DNA of 64,000 bases from Lama glama (GCA_028534125.1 CM052817.1:34226001-34290000); one strand, 5' to 3'. Positions 25,801-39,720 are shown, counted from the stretch's first letter. Numbers and translations: made by a program. Notes: a model not told the origin generated them from the sequence alone.

Positions 25801-25900
25801 TGGATTGACACCTAGTTTCCCAATAGGCACTATGAAAATCGGAATGTAATAGAATTTTTTTTTTAAGCAGAGAGGAAATAATCATCAATCTAGAGTGATA
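22820..25900 (+). mobile_element. Old L1 ORF1-like region (L1M/HAL1-like) split by the PMPCB retrocopy
   Basis: A-rich degraded ORF1 text on the left (gagagaattaatgagctggaaga...agagaaaaagagactgaaaa) resumes on the right (atctaatcagagttcaagaa...ttcagatttaggaagcccaatgaattcctagcagaataaat...aaaatcttataggcagccagagaaaaa). Confidence 0.7.
23864..25345 (+). pseudogene. PMPCB: Processed pseudogene of mitochondrial processing peptidase beta subunit
   Basis: Intronless, colinear fragments: AHSLEH..KGTKKR (HXXEH region, from 24156), [69 protein letters not shown]-terminal ..AVCTK..Y..S.PIAAVG..NICW. Many stops and frameshifts. AATAAA at 25335-25340. Confidence 0.95.
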
Positions 25901-25904
25901 TTAC

Positions 25905-26083
25905 CAGCGATCCAGCAATTCCACTCCTGGGTATACATCCAAAAAAACCCAAGATACTAGTTCAAAAAGATAAATGGCACCCCAATGTTTTGCAATTTAT
26001 TTATTATTTGTAGCATTGTTTACAATTGACAAGATATGGAACACAATCTAAGTATCTATCAACAGTGAATAAAGAGGGTGCGG

Positions 26084-26127
<44 letters not shown>

Positions 26128-26380
26128 CACACATGCACATACATATACATACACAATGGCATACTACTCAGCCATAAAGAAGAACAGACTTTCACCATTT
26201 ACAGCAACATGGATGGATTTGGAGGGCACACATTGCACCAGTGTCAGTTTTCTAGTTTTGACTGTGTTCCATAGTTATGTAAGATGTAATCACTGGGGAA
26301 AACTGAGTGAAGAGTTCATGGGGTTTTTCTACTATTTTTGCAGTTTACTGTGACTTCATAATTCTTTCAAAATAAAAAAC
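25905..26380 (+). mobile_element. L1 ORF2 end/3' UTR fragments containing a (CA)n microsatellite (~26086-26125)
   Basis: ccagcaattccactcctgggtata...atactactcagccataaagaagaac...gcaacatggatgga. Confidence 0.8.
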
Positions 26381-27109
26381 CTATTAAGGCTTTATTTTGC
26401 CAAGTTTTTGGCAGCAAGGATGAACAAAACAGGGCTTTAGAAAATCCTGCCATTTGGTTAACTTTATAATCCTTTTGGGAGAGTAGGTAAGACCCAAATA
26501 TATTAAAGATAGAAATAACAACCAAAAAAGGGTTGCAGCTATCTGAGTAGTGCTAGGGTTACAAAGTCCAGCAGTGCCAAGACCCGAGTATCGAGAGCTT
26601 CAAATAACAATTCAAAATGCCAACCGTTGAAAAAACAGCTTTGGGTCAATGTCAAATTCATGCAGTCAAGGTGGAAAATAGGATATCCCAATGTTAGACC
26701 AACAAGCCTTGCCCCAGAACAGCCCTCAGTTTTCTGCATGGGAAATTATCTAAAATACATCCAGCCACATACGACATTCAGGTACTAAGTGGCATGGCTT
26801 TTTTTTTTTTTAGCATTTTTTTCATAACTGATCATCACTTGCTCTCCCAGGCCACTTGCCAACTTGAGCAAGAGGGTGTGACCCCTGGGCACAGGTCCTG
26901 GTCACTGGGCAAGCTAACCATGTTCTGGGAGGACCTCCAGGGCCACGTAAATTATGCAGACCCTCCTGGACAGAGAGCAATCCATCACTTCTTGAGTGAC
27001 CCCTCTTCCCACCTTATTTTAGTAAGACTAATGTTACCAAGATCCCATGTTTTCCTTGGCACTGAGTCCTTAGAGATTTTTGTTCTTTGTTCACCCTTTT
27101 TTAAAACAA

Positions 27110-28070
27110 ATTAAAAGCAGTTTATTATGTAATATTCTGTGCTTACAGTGGAACATGTGTAATATACACAAAGCCACGGCCAACAGAAGAATCCCAACAT
27201 GAACAGTACCATCAACACGAGCTGTGTCCTCCTCCCCATTTCCCATCCTCCTGCCTTCTCCTCAAAATAACCACTTTCCTGAATGCTGTGTTTGTCATCT
27301 CTTGCTTTTTAAAAAATAGTAGCCCGGGGGAGGGTGCAGCTTAGTGGTAAGAGTGTGTGCTTAGCATGCACAAGGTCCTGGGTTCAATCCCAGTAGCCCC
27401 ACTAAAGAAAAAATAATTTTAAAAATAATTAATTAAAAATAGTAGCCCACAATGTAGGTATCCCCAAACAATGTTGCTGAGCTTCATTTGCATTTTTGCT
27501 AATATGGATTGTGCTTCTTTTTATTAACAGTCTTTTACATGAACCTGTGTGAGAGTTTCTGTAGGATACACACCTGCGAGTGGAATTGCTGGGCCACAGA
27601 GATATAATCTTCACTTGCCTTAGACAGTGCCTAGTTGTATTATTTAAAGCCCAACCATAGTATATGATTCTGCTTTTCCACAGCCTCACCAACACTTAGT
27701 ATTATCAGACTTCATAATTTTTTGGTTCATCTAGTGGATTTAAAATGATATCTCAATTGTGACTTTAATGTGCATGCCCCTGATTACTAAGGAAGTTGAG
27801 AATCTTTTACTATCTTGACTAGTCATCTATATTTCTTTTTGTGAATTACCTTATCATGATATTTGGACATTTTGTGACAGGTTGCAGGCATGCTTTATAT
27901 GCTCTGCATCCTAGTCCTTTGTCAGGTGTGATGTCAAGATTTTCTCCAGGTTTGCAGCTTATCTTTTTACTCTATGATAATTTCGGCAAGTGAAAGTTAT
28001 GAATTTTAATGAAGTGAAATGTTTTCATCTTTTCCTCTTTGGTTTGTGCTTTTTGTGGCTTTCAATTCCA
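27110..28070 (-). mobile_element. Old antisense L1 fragment (host of the SINE at 27326)
   Basis: ggaattgctgggcca, cctcaccaacactt, ccctgattactaaggaagttgag, aattttaatgaagt are typical antisense L1 ORF2/3' text. Confidence 0.7.
27326..27434 (+). mobile_element. tRNA-derived SINE (camelid Vic-1-like) with perfect 14-bp TSD
   Basis: A-box-like agcttagtgg, B-box gggttcaatccc, AT-rich tail. TSD aaaaatagtagccc at 27312-27325 and 27435-27448. Confidence 0.9.
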
Positions 28071-28785
28071 TAGAGAAGGAGGGACTCATTGTGAAAGGGA
28101 ACGTTTTTAATCTTTTAGAGGAAAATACAGGAAGAATATCTTTATGACGTTTGGGTAAGGAAGGATTTCTTAAACAAGACCCTGAAAGCGCTCATCATAA
28201 ACCACTGCTATGTTAACAAATGTTTTTAACAATTGTTAGGATAAGTCAGGAGGATAAGCTGAGCCCTAGCCACTGCTGTTTTCATTACGTTCCCTGCTCA
28301 GAGCTGCTGTTGAAGGGCTGGTTTCAGAACAATAGGCTGCCGGCACCACCACGGCGGCTGCCTCTGTCCTCATTCCCATCCTTCTTGCCCCCACAGCCGC
28401 CACCTTCCCAGAAGGGAGGCACAGGGACCCACAGCAGTTTCTTCACCTTTAATTCTTCTTTGTTACTAGAGCTGATGGGGGGTCTGTTTCCGCTAATCTT
28501 AACTGCGGCAAAAAGCTCCAGGATGTCTATTCTTCTGGTTACATATGGAATTTCCTGGACTTCAGTTGATTGCTTGGGATGGGGGCTGATTAGATGCAGC
28601 TATTTCCAGGCATCCTTGCCTTTTCTTTTCCTGAAAAACCATTGTGTTAGCTGCGTATTTTTAGGTGGGGCTACATTATTCACATACATTTTCTTTTCTT
28701 TTTCACGGTACAAGTACAAACCAAATTTTCTTCCAGAAAAAAAAAAAAAAACAAACAAACACAAGCTAGCGTTGAGTGCTACTTT

Positions 28786-28948
28786 CTTTTTCTTTTGTAA
28801 AATTTTAACGTTTTGATTTAATTTCAAAACTTTGCTGGGGGAAGGTCATTCGGCTTATTTATTTATTATTTGATGGAGGTGCTGGGGATTGAGCCCTGGA
28901 CCTTGTACCTGCCAGACATGTGCTCTGTCGCCGAGCTACACCCTCCCC
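28786..28948 (-). mobile_element. tRNA-derived SINE (same family)
   Basis: Reverse complement ggggagggtgtagctcggcg...cagggctcaatccccagcacctcc plus a tail. TSD agtgctacttt at 28775-28785 and 28953-28963. Confidence 0.85.
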
Positions 28949-30423
28949 ACCAAGTGCTACTTTGAACAGTCTTATTCTTTGCAATACTATCTGTGTAGTC
29001 GTTGGAATACTGTGCTTTCATCATTTCTATCATTTTAAGGCCCATTTTTTTCCTCACATGCCATCTCACAAGACTTCCCTCCCCTCCGCTCGTCTGTCCC
29101 CTCTCGTCTACGTATGGGTCATCATCCTCTTCTCCATCGGCATCTTCTCAGCTTAGCTGAACGCTCCAGGGAGCCTCAGTGGGGGTGAGGCTCCCTCATG
29201 ATGAATGGGTTTCTTTTCACTCTTCGTAATGGGCTGGCTTCCACTCACGGCAGCTAATTTCTTTGTAGCTACTTGGAGTAAGCAGATTAGGTTACCAGCA
29301 TTGCTGTTTATCTCATTCTAGAGTCAATGATCCAGTTCACATGATCACCACCTATAAATCTGGGAAACTATTACACAGAAGCCCTAGTAATTGATTAGTG
29401 AGTATTTCCTGAAATGAATCATTTATAAAACAACACTTTGGTTCCCAGACTATTCATGAGGCAAATAGGACCTAGTGAGTTGCTTATTTGCTGACTGTTG
29501 GATGATAGTCATTTTTTCCCTGCTGTAATATCTGAATCTTACCCCCATTTTCTCAGTGTTCTGGCCACCAGCTCTTCCTCATTTCTTTGTCTCTTGGTTC
29601 TGTCTGAAACCCTCTCAGGTAGATGTTTGTAAGACAGCTGATCTTGAGTTTCCATCTGTCTGTTGGCTTTGATGGCACTGAAATGTCACAGTTGTTTTGG
29701 TCCTTGAAGCAAATCACAACCAAGATCTGCCTTCCCAGGTCCAGCCATTCATGTCAGAGGAAAAGAGGGAAGGGGATGTGTGGGTAGAGGATACACAGAC
29801 CGCCCTGCCTCTCCTCCCACGACCTGGATGGTAATGGGGCATGCTGATGGAGAATGGCTGCCTTCCAGCTTTAGCGGCTGCTTGAGGCTGGAATCCTTGG
29901 TTTTCTACATGCAAAGTATTTATGATCTTGTATATGCCAGACACTACATTGCAGACTGTACTTAAAATCTGGGTGGGACCAGAGGTCAGATAATAATTGC
30001 TGTCTTACACCAAGCACTTTCTGTGAACAAGGTGATCTGTGCTAAGACCTTCATAGCATCTTATTTAATCTTATAACCATTGCATGTCCTAGGTGTGGTC
30101 TGAGACTGACAAGGCTGAGAGAGGTTGGGCATATTTTCCAGGTCATTCAACTAGTAAGTGAAGAAGTTAAATTCAAACATAGGCTTATCTAACTCAATAG
30201 GGTGCTTTTAATCACTACACTGTCCTGCCTCCCTCTTAAAAACATAAATGGTAGGCAGAATTACATGGTGGTAAGTAAAAAGACGTTACCAAAAAAGTGA
30301 GTTCACTGTAGGCTTGAGTAGTTACTGGCTACAGAGCAGAAGGAAGGGGTTCACAGAGAGCATCCAATCCCATGTTTCTCAAACTCTTGCTTTCAAGCGT
30401 ACTAAAAAACCACATAATATTAC

Positions 30424-30530
30424 AAAAAAAATCTTCAACGCTTCTTGAGTTTGCACGTCACCCTTTCCCAAGGAACATGCTAATCTTCCCTGTGTCTTTC
30501 CAATTTTAGCAATGTACCACCAGTGAGCAC
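30424..30530 (-). pseudogene. RNU6: Diverged full-length U6 snRNA pseudogene
   Basis: The reverse complement gtgctcactggtggtacattgctaaaattggaaagacacagggaagattagcatgttccttgggaaagggtgacgtgcaaactcaagaagcgttgaagattttttt aligns with U6 throughout. The ACAGAGA box is mutated to ACAGGGA. Confidence 0.92.
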
Positions 30531-31269
30531 GCTCAAGCTTTTTAACTTACAACCCACAGCATGACATGAATTTTACGTTACAACCCCATAGACACACGTA
30601 TAGACAACTGAAACAAAACTTCACGTCACAAGACTTGCCCTCTTCTATGCAGTGCACTCTATTTTTCTATTATGGTTTGCATCTTTCTTTTAAAATGATT
30701 CTGGTCACGGCCTGTCAAATAGAGTTTATGACCTATAAATACTGCCCTAAAAACCTCAACAGATGGGGAAACTGACACCTGGAGATGCAATGAGTACCTA
30801 GCACGGTGTCTGTGTCTTTGCTCTATCTCTGTATGTGACCCAGCACACTCATGTGGCACCTCAGTGGCAGAGCTGGGGTAGAGTCCAGATTTCCTGATTC
30901 CAAATCTAAGGTTTTTCAGTCAAGGAAAGTTTGTCAAAGGGGAGGGACTCTCCCATGGCAGAGTTTCTTCACTGGCACTGGCAGAAGTGGGAAGAAACGG
31001 TGCAGTTTTGGGAGCCCCACAGTGGGCCTAGTCCAAGGTTACCAGGTGTTAGAACAAAGCTGTCCAGTTTCAAAGCCCATGCTCTTTCTGTGGTTGTCTA
31101 TCTTATTTGTTCAGAAAAATCACCTGGGAGCCCTTCCACAATACTAATGCCCAGGCAACACTCAGATCATTGAATCCAACTATTTAGGGATGGGGACTGG
31201 CCTGAAAGCTTCCCCAGGTGATTTTAAGAGAGCTACATCCTCAATGCAGTGTAGACAATATCCCTTAAA

Positions 31270-31820
31270 ACCATTCCTTCATAGCAGCATGATATACAAT
31301 GGCCAAGACATGGAAGAAATCTATGTGTCCATTGACAGATGACTGGATAAAGAAGTTGTGGAATATTTATACAATGGAATACTACTCAGCCATAAAAAAG
31401 AATGAAATGATGCCATTTGCAGCAACATAGATGGACCTAGAGATAGTTATTCTAAGTGAAGTAAGCCAGAAAGAGACGAAATATATCACGTAATATCCCT
31501 TATATGTGGAAACTAAAAAAAGATACTTATTTACAAAACAGAAATAGACTCATAGACACAGAAAACAAACACATAGTTACTAAAAGGAAAAGGTGGGGAG
31601 AGATAAATTAGGAGTTTGGGATTAGCAGATACAAACTACTATATATAAAATAGATAACAACAAGGTCCTACTGTATAGCACAGGGAACTATATTCAATAT
31701 CTTGTAATAACCTATTATGAAAAAGAATATACATATATGTATGACTGAATCACTATGCTGTACACCAGAAATTAACACAACATTGTAAATCAACTACATT
31801 TCAACAAAAATAAAAATAAA
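31270..31820 (+). mobile_element. LINE-1 3' end
   Basis: gccaagacatggaag...caatggaatactactcagccataaaaaagaatgaaat...caacattgtaaatcaactac plus an A tail. Confidence 0.9.
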
Positions 31821-33221
31821 TTCCTGCTTATCCTTCAAATTCCAGCCAAAGTGCTCCCCTACGAGGCCCATGGAGTCCTGACTCAAATTCACAATCAAAA
31901 GTAACTGCTTTTCCATTATTGTATTCACTTGGCACTCTTAGATCCTTTCATCCTGTGTGTCTCTCCTGCACGTGTACGATGCACTTATTGAGTCCAGAGT
32001 GTATGCCTTAGTGATCACTGTATCCAAGTGTGCAATAAATATTTACACAATACCCTTTGCTCAGATGGCCCTCCTCCCCCACACCACCCAGACCTCTGAA
32101 ATCTACTGTGATTCAGCTGTCCCTGTTAATGAGGGTGATGAAAATTCTCCCCAGGATCCGTTCCACCAAGGACAAGGACACTCACTCTGGGAGCGGCAGA
32201 GCCCTGACCAGTGGGAACAACAGTCCCTGCAGGCAGGGAGGCGGCAGCATCCCTTCCGGTGTGGCTGGGCTTTCTCTCCCACGCATCCCCCTCCTGTCCT
32301 CTCCTCCAGGTTCTCGGATTTCTAACGAGGCAGTGTGGCCCAGGGCGCAGTGCCCTGCACAGGAAGTGAGGAAGACGGACTTCCTGTCCTTGCCATGACC
32401 GTCAGCGTGTCCTGCAGTAGGGCCTTACTTTTCCGTTTTGTTTGCTGGGACTGACAACATTCCAAACTCAATTGTCACCCTCTGCTCCTTTCCCCCTTGG
32501 GGATTATATAAGAACTCATATATAAAAACAAACTCTGTTCAGGTCCTTGAGCTTTTCTGAGGACAGCTTTGTATAAATATAAGATACCTTTTGTTATTGT
32601 TTATAGCCCAAGGGATTTGCAGAAAGAAGTTAAGAGCCAGCGATGCTCATTTTTATAGGCAGAAAATAGCTGCTGGAAAAACAACCTGGTGTGTAGAGCA
32701 CAATGTTCTTACTGAGCAGACAGAATTATCTTTCCTAGGCAGCCATGAACACAAAACACCTGGTGCACACGTTTCCTGCCCCTTCACATATTTTGAAAGA
32801 AAGAGACCTTTTACCCTGACCTGTCAAGCAAAGATCTTCATGAACTTCTGTCCACAGACTGCAACAGTTATCTTGGCTTGCCGCCGTGGATTTAAATGGT
32901 AAACATAGCTGAGCATCACTCTTAGGGCATCTTCTCCACTTATCAGTCAGATCTTATCAGATCCACACATGCACTTCTTCTTCCTTAAAATTACAGCCCA
33001 CTGGATGGGTTAGGAGTCAGGGGCTTCCTGACACATCTGCCCAACACCGTGTTGGGTGCTATTTGAGAAGATGGGGACCCAGAAGACTTGATCCTGACCC
33101 GGACATGGTTTAAAAACTTTGGAGAGAAAACAAAATACATCCACTGAAAACTTTTAAAGAATCGTACAGATCTATTCTTAATAAGATTTGCTCCCTACTT
33201 TAATGACTCAGAGGTGTTAAA

Positions 33222-33875
33222 GTATTGAAATTCCTCAAAAAACTAAAAATAGACTCACCATATGATCTAGCAATCCCACTCCTGGGCATATATCCAGAGG
33301 AAACTCTAATTCGAAAACACACATGCACCCCAATGTTCATAGAAGCACTATACACAATAGCCAAGACATGGACACAACCTAAATATCCATCAGCAGGTGA
33401 CTGGATAAGGAAACTGTGATATATTTATACAATGGAATACTACTCAACCATAAAAAAGTAATGCTATTTGCCAGCAACATGGATGGACCTCATCCTAAAT
33501 AAGCTAGAAAGAGAAAGGAAAATACCATATGATATCACTCATATGTGGAATCTAAGAAAGAAAAGACACCAATGAACTTATCTAAAAAACAGAAATAGAC
33601 TCACAGACATAGTAAATAATCTATGGTTACCAGGGGGAAAGGGGGTGGGAAGGGATAAGTTGGGAGTTCAAGATTTGCAGATAGTAACTACTATATATAA
33701 AACAGGTAAACAACAAGTTTCTACTGTATAGCCCAGGGAACTATATTCAATATCTTGTAGTAACCTATAATGAAAAAGAATACGAAAATGAATATATGTC
33801 TGTATACATATGACTGAAACATTATGCTGTACACCAGAAATTGGCACATTGTAACTGACAAAATTTCAATAAAAT
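33222..33875 (+). mobile_element. LINE-1 ORF2 C-terminus and 3' UTR
   Basis: ORF 33225-33419 translates to the L1 ORF2 end (FLKKLKI..PYD.AIPLLGIYP...CTPMFI.AL.TIAKTW.QPK), followed by the 3' UTR. Confidence 0.92.
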
Positions 33876-36800
33876 TTTTTTTTAATTTTTAAAAGACTTC
33901 AGCGGTGTTTAAAGAAGGTAATCAGTGTGAAAAAGCTCCACAGAGGATGGGGATGGTGCTCAGTAAAATCAGTTAAGTGGAGGAAGGAAACCGGAAATAG
34001 GTCTTGAAGGACAAAAAGCATCTGAAATGGTGAAGGAAGGAGCAAATGGCTGTGCGGGGAAAGCCACGTGGCACAGAGCTGAAGGACCGACTTTGCAGTG
34101 AAGCAGATTGACCTGGGCATTCTGTTCGCTGACTGTGGGATTCTGAGCAAGTTAAGTAATCTCTCTAGGCTTTACTTTCCTCTCCCTTTATAAGTGAATG
34201 CTAATACCTCCGTCTTGGGTTTGGGGAAGAATTAGAGAGATAAATGTAGGCAAAGTTCTTAACACAATGCAGATAGTAAGTGCTCAAACAATGTATGTTT
34301 ATCATTATTGTTGTTATTATTACTAGGGGAAATATGAACAAAGGCAGGAATTGCTTAATCTGAAAATCAATTTTCCCCATAATAAAATAATCAAAAGACA
34401 TGATCTTTATATAATTTGAGCAACGAGCACCTGCCCACTGCAGCCTTGTGAAGGGAAGATAACGTGTATTTATTACCTCCCTTAAGCTCTGACTTCCTGC
34501 CTCTTCCCTTTCTTTCCACATCCTTCCCCATCCCCACTACTTCGGTATCCCCACTGCGCCATAGAGAGCCCACAATCTTGTTTCTTTGTCCTCTCCTCTT
34601 CCATGTCCTTCCTTACCCCTAGGCTGGAGGAGAGACAGATGAGTCACAGGGATGGAGCTGCCATGGCGGTCTTTGAGGCAATGATGACAGAATATGGATG
34701 GGATCTAGGGACAGAGATTCTCTTGGATACATCTTGATCCTACCAAGTCATATATGGACAGCTAACCAACCCTAACACAAGGAGTGCTCAGAGGAGAATT
34801 TCCAGTTTCTTTATAGATCAAATTTTCAAGAGTGAAAACTCAGGAACTGTACATTTTCTTTCTGCCAGAGATGTGGATTGGCCACAAGCACCATATCTAA
34901 GCCGTGACGTCACAGGTCATTAGGGGTGTTGTGCTGTTTGGGCACTGCACACGAGAGCCTAATGCAGCATGCACTTGTCAAACTGTGAGGGTTGGTGACC
35001 AATGGCTTTACAGCAGGACCCTTCCCTGAAGACTCATTCTTAAGAAGACCCACCCTTCTCCCTGCCCAATTCACCCAGTGGATGACAATCACGTTCCTGC
35101 TGAAAAGGCTGCGGCTTCATTCCTAGTTCATAAGGTTCTCTTGGCTTCAAATTACCTACAGGGTAAAACTCAAACTTCTTATCCCAGCAGATAAAGGTCT
35201 TCACATCCATCCCTGACTTCTTCTCTGCCATCTCATCGCCTGCCATGGTCAGCTTCTCCCCAGTGCCCCCAAACACCACACCCTTTCAGGTTGTGGTCCT
35301 TCGAGATGAAAACCTTCCCTAACCTTCACCTGGTAAAAAGTTTTGCTCACTCTACCAGAACCAGCTCTGGTATCATCTCCAAAGTAAAAACTATCATGTC
35401 TTCTCCAGCCTTTTTTCTGGGTGGTTTAGACTCCTAAAGTTTACCACATGGTAGATGCTTGAGAAATATTTCTTGAATGAATAAATGAGTTCTGACTTCA
35501 ATAACAGCATTTATTAAGATACATGGTAATTGTCCTAACTCACTTGTTGGTTTCTCCATCAGGCTGTGAGTTTCTCAAAAGGATGAGGTGAAGGGAAGCT
35601 GTGTCCTTTATATCTGTATTCTAGGACCCTAATACCTCATAAGGTAGGCTTTAAGTCAGAGTTTGACAACCTAAAAATTTTCTAATATACTGTTTGCAAA
35701 TTTTTTTTCTCATTATGCATTCTTTCTTTCGTGATGAAGCTGCCCTTCTCTCTAAATTCTGGGTTAGGAAGGGATAGGAAGACGTCTCCAGAATAAAGCC
35801 GAGAATATGAAAAGTAGGAGAGCGGGGGAAGCCCATCTTAGATTAGTCTCTGGAATCAGAGGTTGGGTCTTTTGTAAGTGGTCTTAGGGACACCTTGTCA
35901 AAGAGCAAGGGAAGCAAGACAAGGCGTGGGAGAAGCCAAGCAAGATATGGATTGAGCTACAGTCCAGCCTTAGTCCAACCCCATGGGAAGTTCTGGGACA
36001 AGGATGGCCTCACGGAATTATCCTTCCTGGGGGCAAACGGACTGGGGTTTTTGTACTCCCGTATTAATAGTAGGCTGCAAGCACACCAGAGGTAGGGGGA
36101 CAACCTCTCAGGCATTTCTGTGTGGAGCAGTTCCAGTGGACTAAGAGCGAGTCTTCAGAGAAGGGTCCTACTGCAAAGCCATTTGTCACCAACTGTCCCA
36201 GCAGCCGAGTGACAAGAGAACTTGGGCTGGTAAAAGGATCTTAGCAGCACAACAAAAGCCCCTACCACATCCTGAAAAGTAAAGATGATAGAAAGTGCTT
36301 ACTCCTAGAAGGATTATGCAAACCTTTATTTAAAACCCATCTCCTCCTACTAGATCAACAAATCTCTCTGAATCAGTTGCACTCACTCCTTAACAAGTTA
36401 GAAACAGCAAGACAGAAGAGGGTACAGAAGCGCTTAAAGGTCAGCTCTCCAATAGAAGTAAAAAAGAAACAGGAACTCCAAAAAGTATAGCAGTCTGGAA
36501 CCTGGTGGAGCTTTAGAGGGTTGTAAATTAAAGTCTAAAAAAGTTGAGATTTACAACGAGATGAAGTTAAACAAGCTGTTTTGCATCCTATGTTTAAGAA
36601 CACAGCATGATGTGCCATGTAATTTTAAAAGATTTCATTCGAGATTTGGAAGCTTCAGATATGTGAACAATTAGTAAGATTTGATTTTTGCAGATTATCT
36701 CCCTCCCTGCCAGCCCTGAATAAGTGAGGTGTTGCTGAACTACCTTGGAGAACATCTGACCTCCAGGAGCCCATTGAAACTCCTTGGGTCACAGCATGAC

Positions 36801-39475
36801 TTCAAGTTTGTTTAAACGTCCTGAAAGTTCTGACTCCTCTTGGCACATGTGATTACATAACCAGAGCTGATAGAAACCTCCAGTCATCACATATACACAC
36901 AGTCTGGTATAGAGGGAGCTCTAGCCTGGCCTCAGACACGGGGAGCTCAAGTACCTCCGCTCTCATTAACATCTGAGGACCCTAAGCAAGTCATTTGTCT
37001 TCTCTAGGTCTCAGTGTCTTCGTCTGTAAAGAAGAAATAATCATGTTTATCATGTTATTATTAATATTTATTATATTACATATTATACCAGTGTAATATG
37101 TTATACATAATATGTTGTTATATTTATTATGTTAACAATATTATTATATCTCATCAGCCTGCTATGAGGACACATGAGCTAATGGTAGTGAAGTCGCTTT
37201 ACAAGGCGTGAAAAATAATTAAAACAAAAGTGGAGTATTTGAAAAAACAAACACCCTTTAATTCCTTCTTTCAGATGCAATTTCTGAAAACCCATAAAAC
37301 TGATGAAACAGACCTGGATGCCGCCTCCCATAAATTTGTTCTGTCCTGGTTCTCCACCATCTGGCCCCCTGTGCTGTCCTCCCGGTGGCCAGTCTGTACC
37401 CCGACTTCTTGGTCCTGGTTCAGAATGACTGCCTTTGGAGAATGGGGTTTCTCAGGAAGAACATTGCACAATCAGAAAACACTGATCTGCCAAGGCTGTA
37501 ATATTTTTTCCTGGAGCCCTTTCAGGAATGTGTCACAGGAGGTGGGGGAGATGGGCCACGGAACAGAGAGTACTAGGCACCAGCCACCAGGTAATAAAAT
37601 GTCCCAGCATTCCTTTTCCAAATCTAATGAAGACATCAATCTTCATTAAGTCAAAGTGTCTGGGGTCCCCAGCAGTGAGATTTACAGAGCTGCTTCAAAA
37701 AGCGGGAGGACCAAAAGGCAGGCCATCGAGCAAGAGGCAGTGAATTCTAGAACTCAATGATGTCTGTTTTCAACAAAGGTTGAATCTGCCAATAGCTGTT
37801 ATCACTGAACAGGAGCCCCAGGCTCAGGGTGGTGCCGCAGCCAGGGCACCTCCTCAGGCAAGCCGGTTATTCAGGGCTCCTCCCAACTCCCCGCTCAGTG
37901 ATGTCAAGTGCATAGCTTGTAATCGACCCTGGTGGCAGTATGTACACCATGGAAACCAGCAGGTGCCACAGCTGGGGTCCCTTACTCCCACCCAGAGAGC
38001 CAGCTTACCAGCACACCACTGCTTAAGCTTGTATCCAAATGTCCATGAGATGCGTGGATTCCCGAAATAGCTCTCCAAAGAGCAGTGTTGTTCTTGAATT
38101 TCCGTGTGAACCCCTGGGGGGTAAAAAGTTGGTGTATATAAATATCAGAAATCCTTTGCTTTCAGATTCCGAACCACCTTCCTCATATAGCTTCTCTTTC
38201 CCTTCAGGCTAGTGTGGAGAATGGCTTACTATTGACTGAGAAAAGCCTGAGTCACTGTTATAACCTTGGCATTGTCAACCTGATTGTTTTTTTCCATGAA
38301 TGTTTCCCAGGCTCCAGCCTCCACAGGGTACCAAGGACGCTTATGGACCACAATTACCCTGCAGGAAGTACACCCCGGAGCTTGCGGGATCCTATAGAAA
38401 AGCAGGGGCAAGATGCTCTCTGCTCGGAGGAATCTTGCAAAACAGATGGGATTCAGCTAAAAGTGGCCAACCTCAGTAGGAGAACATAATTTTCTTCTTT
38501 CTTTCCATACCACAGTGCAGGATTAATGAAGAATAAAGGGGAATAAAAATGCAGCATGCATAATATTCACCTCCACGGACCTTTCTGTCACTGATGTCTC
38601 TGTGGCTGGAGCTGGTGATTTTCACCCCTCTTTCCCATAACTTGTGTAGAGGCTGAGAGGAAAAGGGGTGGAGGGTGGAAATGAGCATTTATAGAGCACT
38701 AGCACTCTATCAGTACCAGAATGTCTTATCTAATTATCACAAGCAACCATGTAAGGAAGATACTGTTACTTCCATTTTTTGCAGAGCAGGAAAAGTAAAA
38801 GTTACGTAAGGCTACCCAGCTAATGGGTTTGGGAGCAGGAATTTGAATCCAGGTCTCTGGCTGCAGATTCCGTGGTCTCCCCACACTTTCTACTACTTTC
38901 TTGACCCATAGACAAAGCCCAGCTGTGAAACCAGTTCTGGAGACGTGGATGCAGGCCGAGTCTGTTCCCTTGGGGCTGGCCTTCCCCAAGGATACACATT
39001 GGGTTGTCTAATGGGGGAAATCAAAGAGACTTTCAGGTCTTCTTCAGGACTTGCAATGAAATGCCTTGGGGGCAGCTTTGAGGCAAATACCAAGTCTTTG
39101 ATGTCATGCTCATTAAAGATGTAAAATAGGAGAAAAGCATGGGAATCAGAGACAAATCCTGGACCGAGGTTTTAAGAATTTTTTTTCAAGCTCCTCTGTG
39201 CTAATAGCCTAAGTAGCCAACTACTCCTAACTTAGCCTCAAACTGCCACCTGTGTTGTTTAAAGAAAGAAAAGAACGTCTTTTCCAGTAATTTTATACCA
39301 GGAGAAATACATAATGGCCTTACCTATAGATTTCACCTTGGCAATGGTGCATCATTTGTGTCATATCCCAGGCTAAGGGATGTGACACACTCCCTCTGGT
39401 TTCCTGGGATACACCCCAACAAAGAACTTTGTCCTTTCAAGTTTCGGTGATGAAGATGTTACTGATGCTCATACT

Positions 39476-39720
39476 TTATTTTTTTAACATTTTTTATTGA
39501 TTTATAATCATTTTACAATGCTGTGTCAAATTCCAGTGTAGAGCACAATTTTTCAGTTATACATGAACATATATATTCATTGTCACATTTTTTTCCTCTG
39601 TGAGCTACCATAAGATCTTGTGTATATTTCCCTGTGCTGTACAGTATAATCTTGTTTATCTATTCTACAATTTTGAAATCCCTGTCTGTCCCTTCCCACC
39701 CCTCGCCCCCTTGGCAACCT
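39476..39720 (-). mobile_element. Young LINE-1 3' end
   Basis: tttttattgatttataatcattttacaatg..gtgtcaaattccagtgta...; highly similar to the 41867 copy. Confidence 0.85.

Noticed and set aside
28220..28816. Longest ORF in the track (198 aa)
   Set aside because: Low-complexity composition, runs through an A-tract and into a SINE tail, and has no recognisable domain.
37050..37150. AT-rich quasi-palindrome
   Set aside because: Low-complexity expansion inside a MIR-like repeat; self-complementarity is expected from composition.
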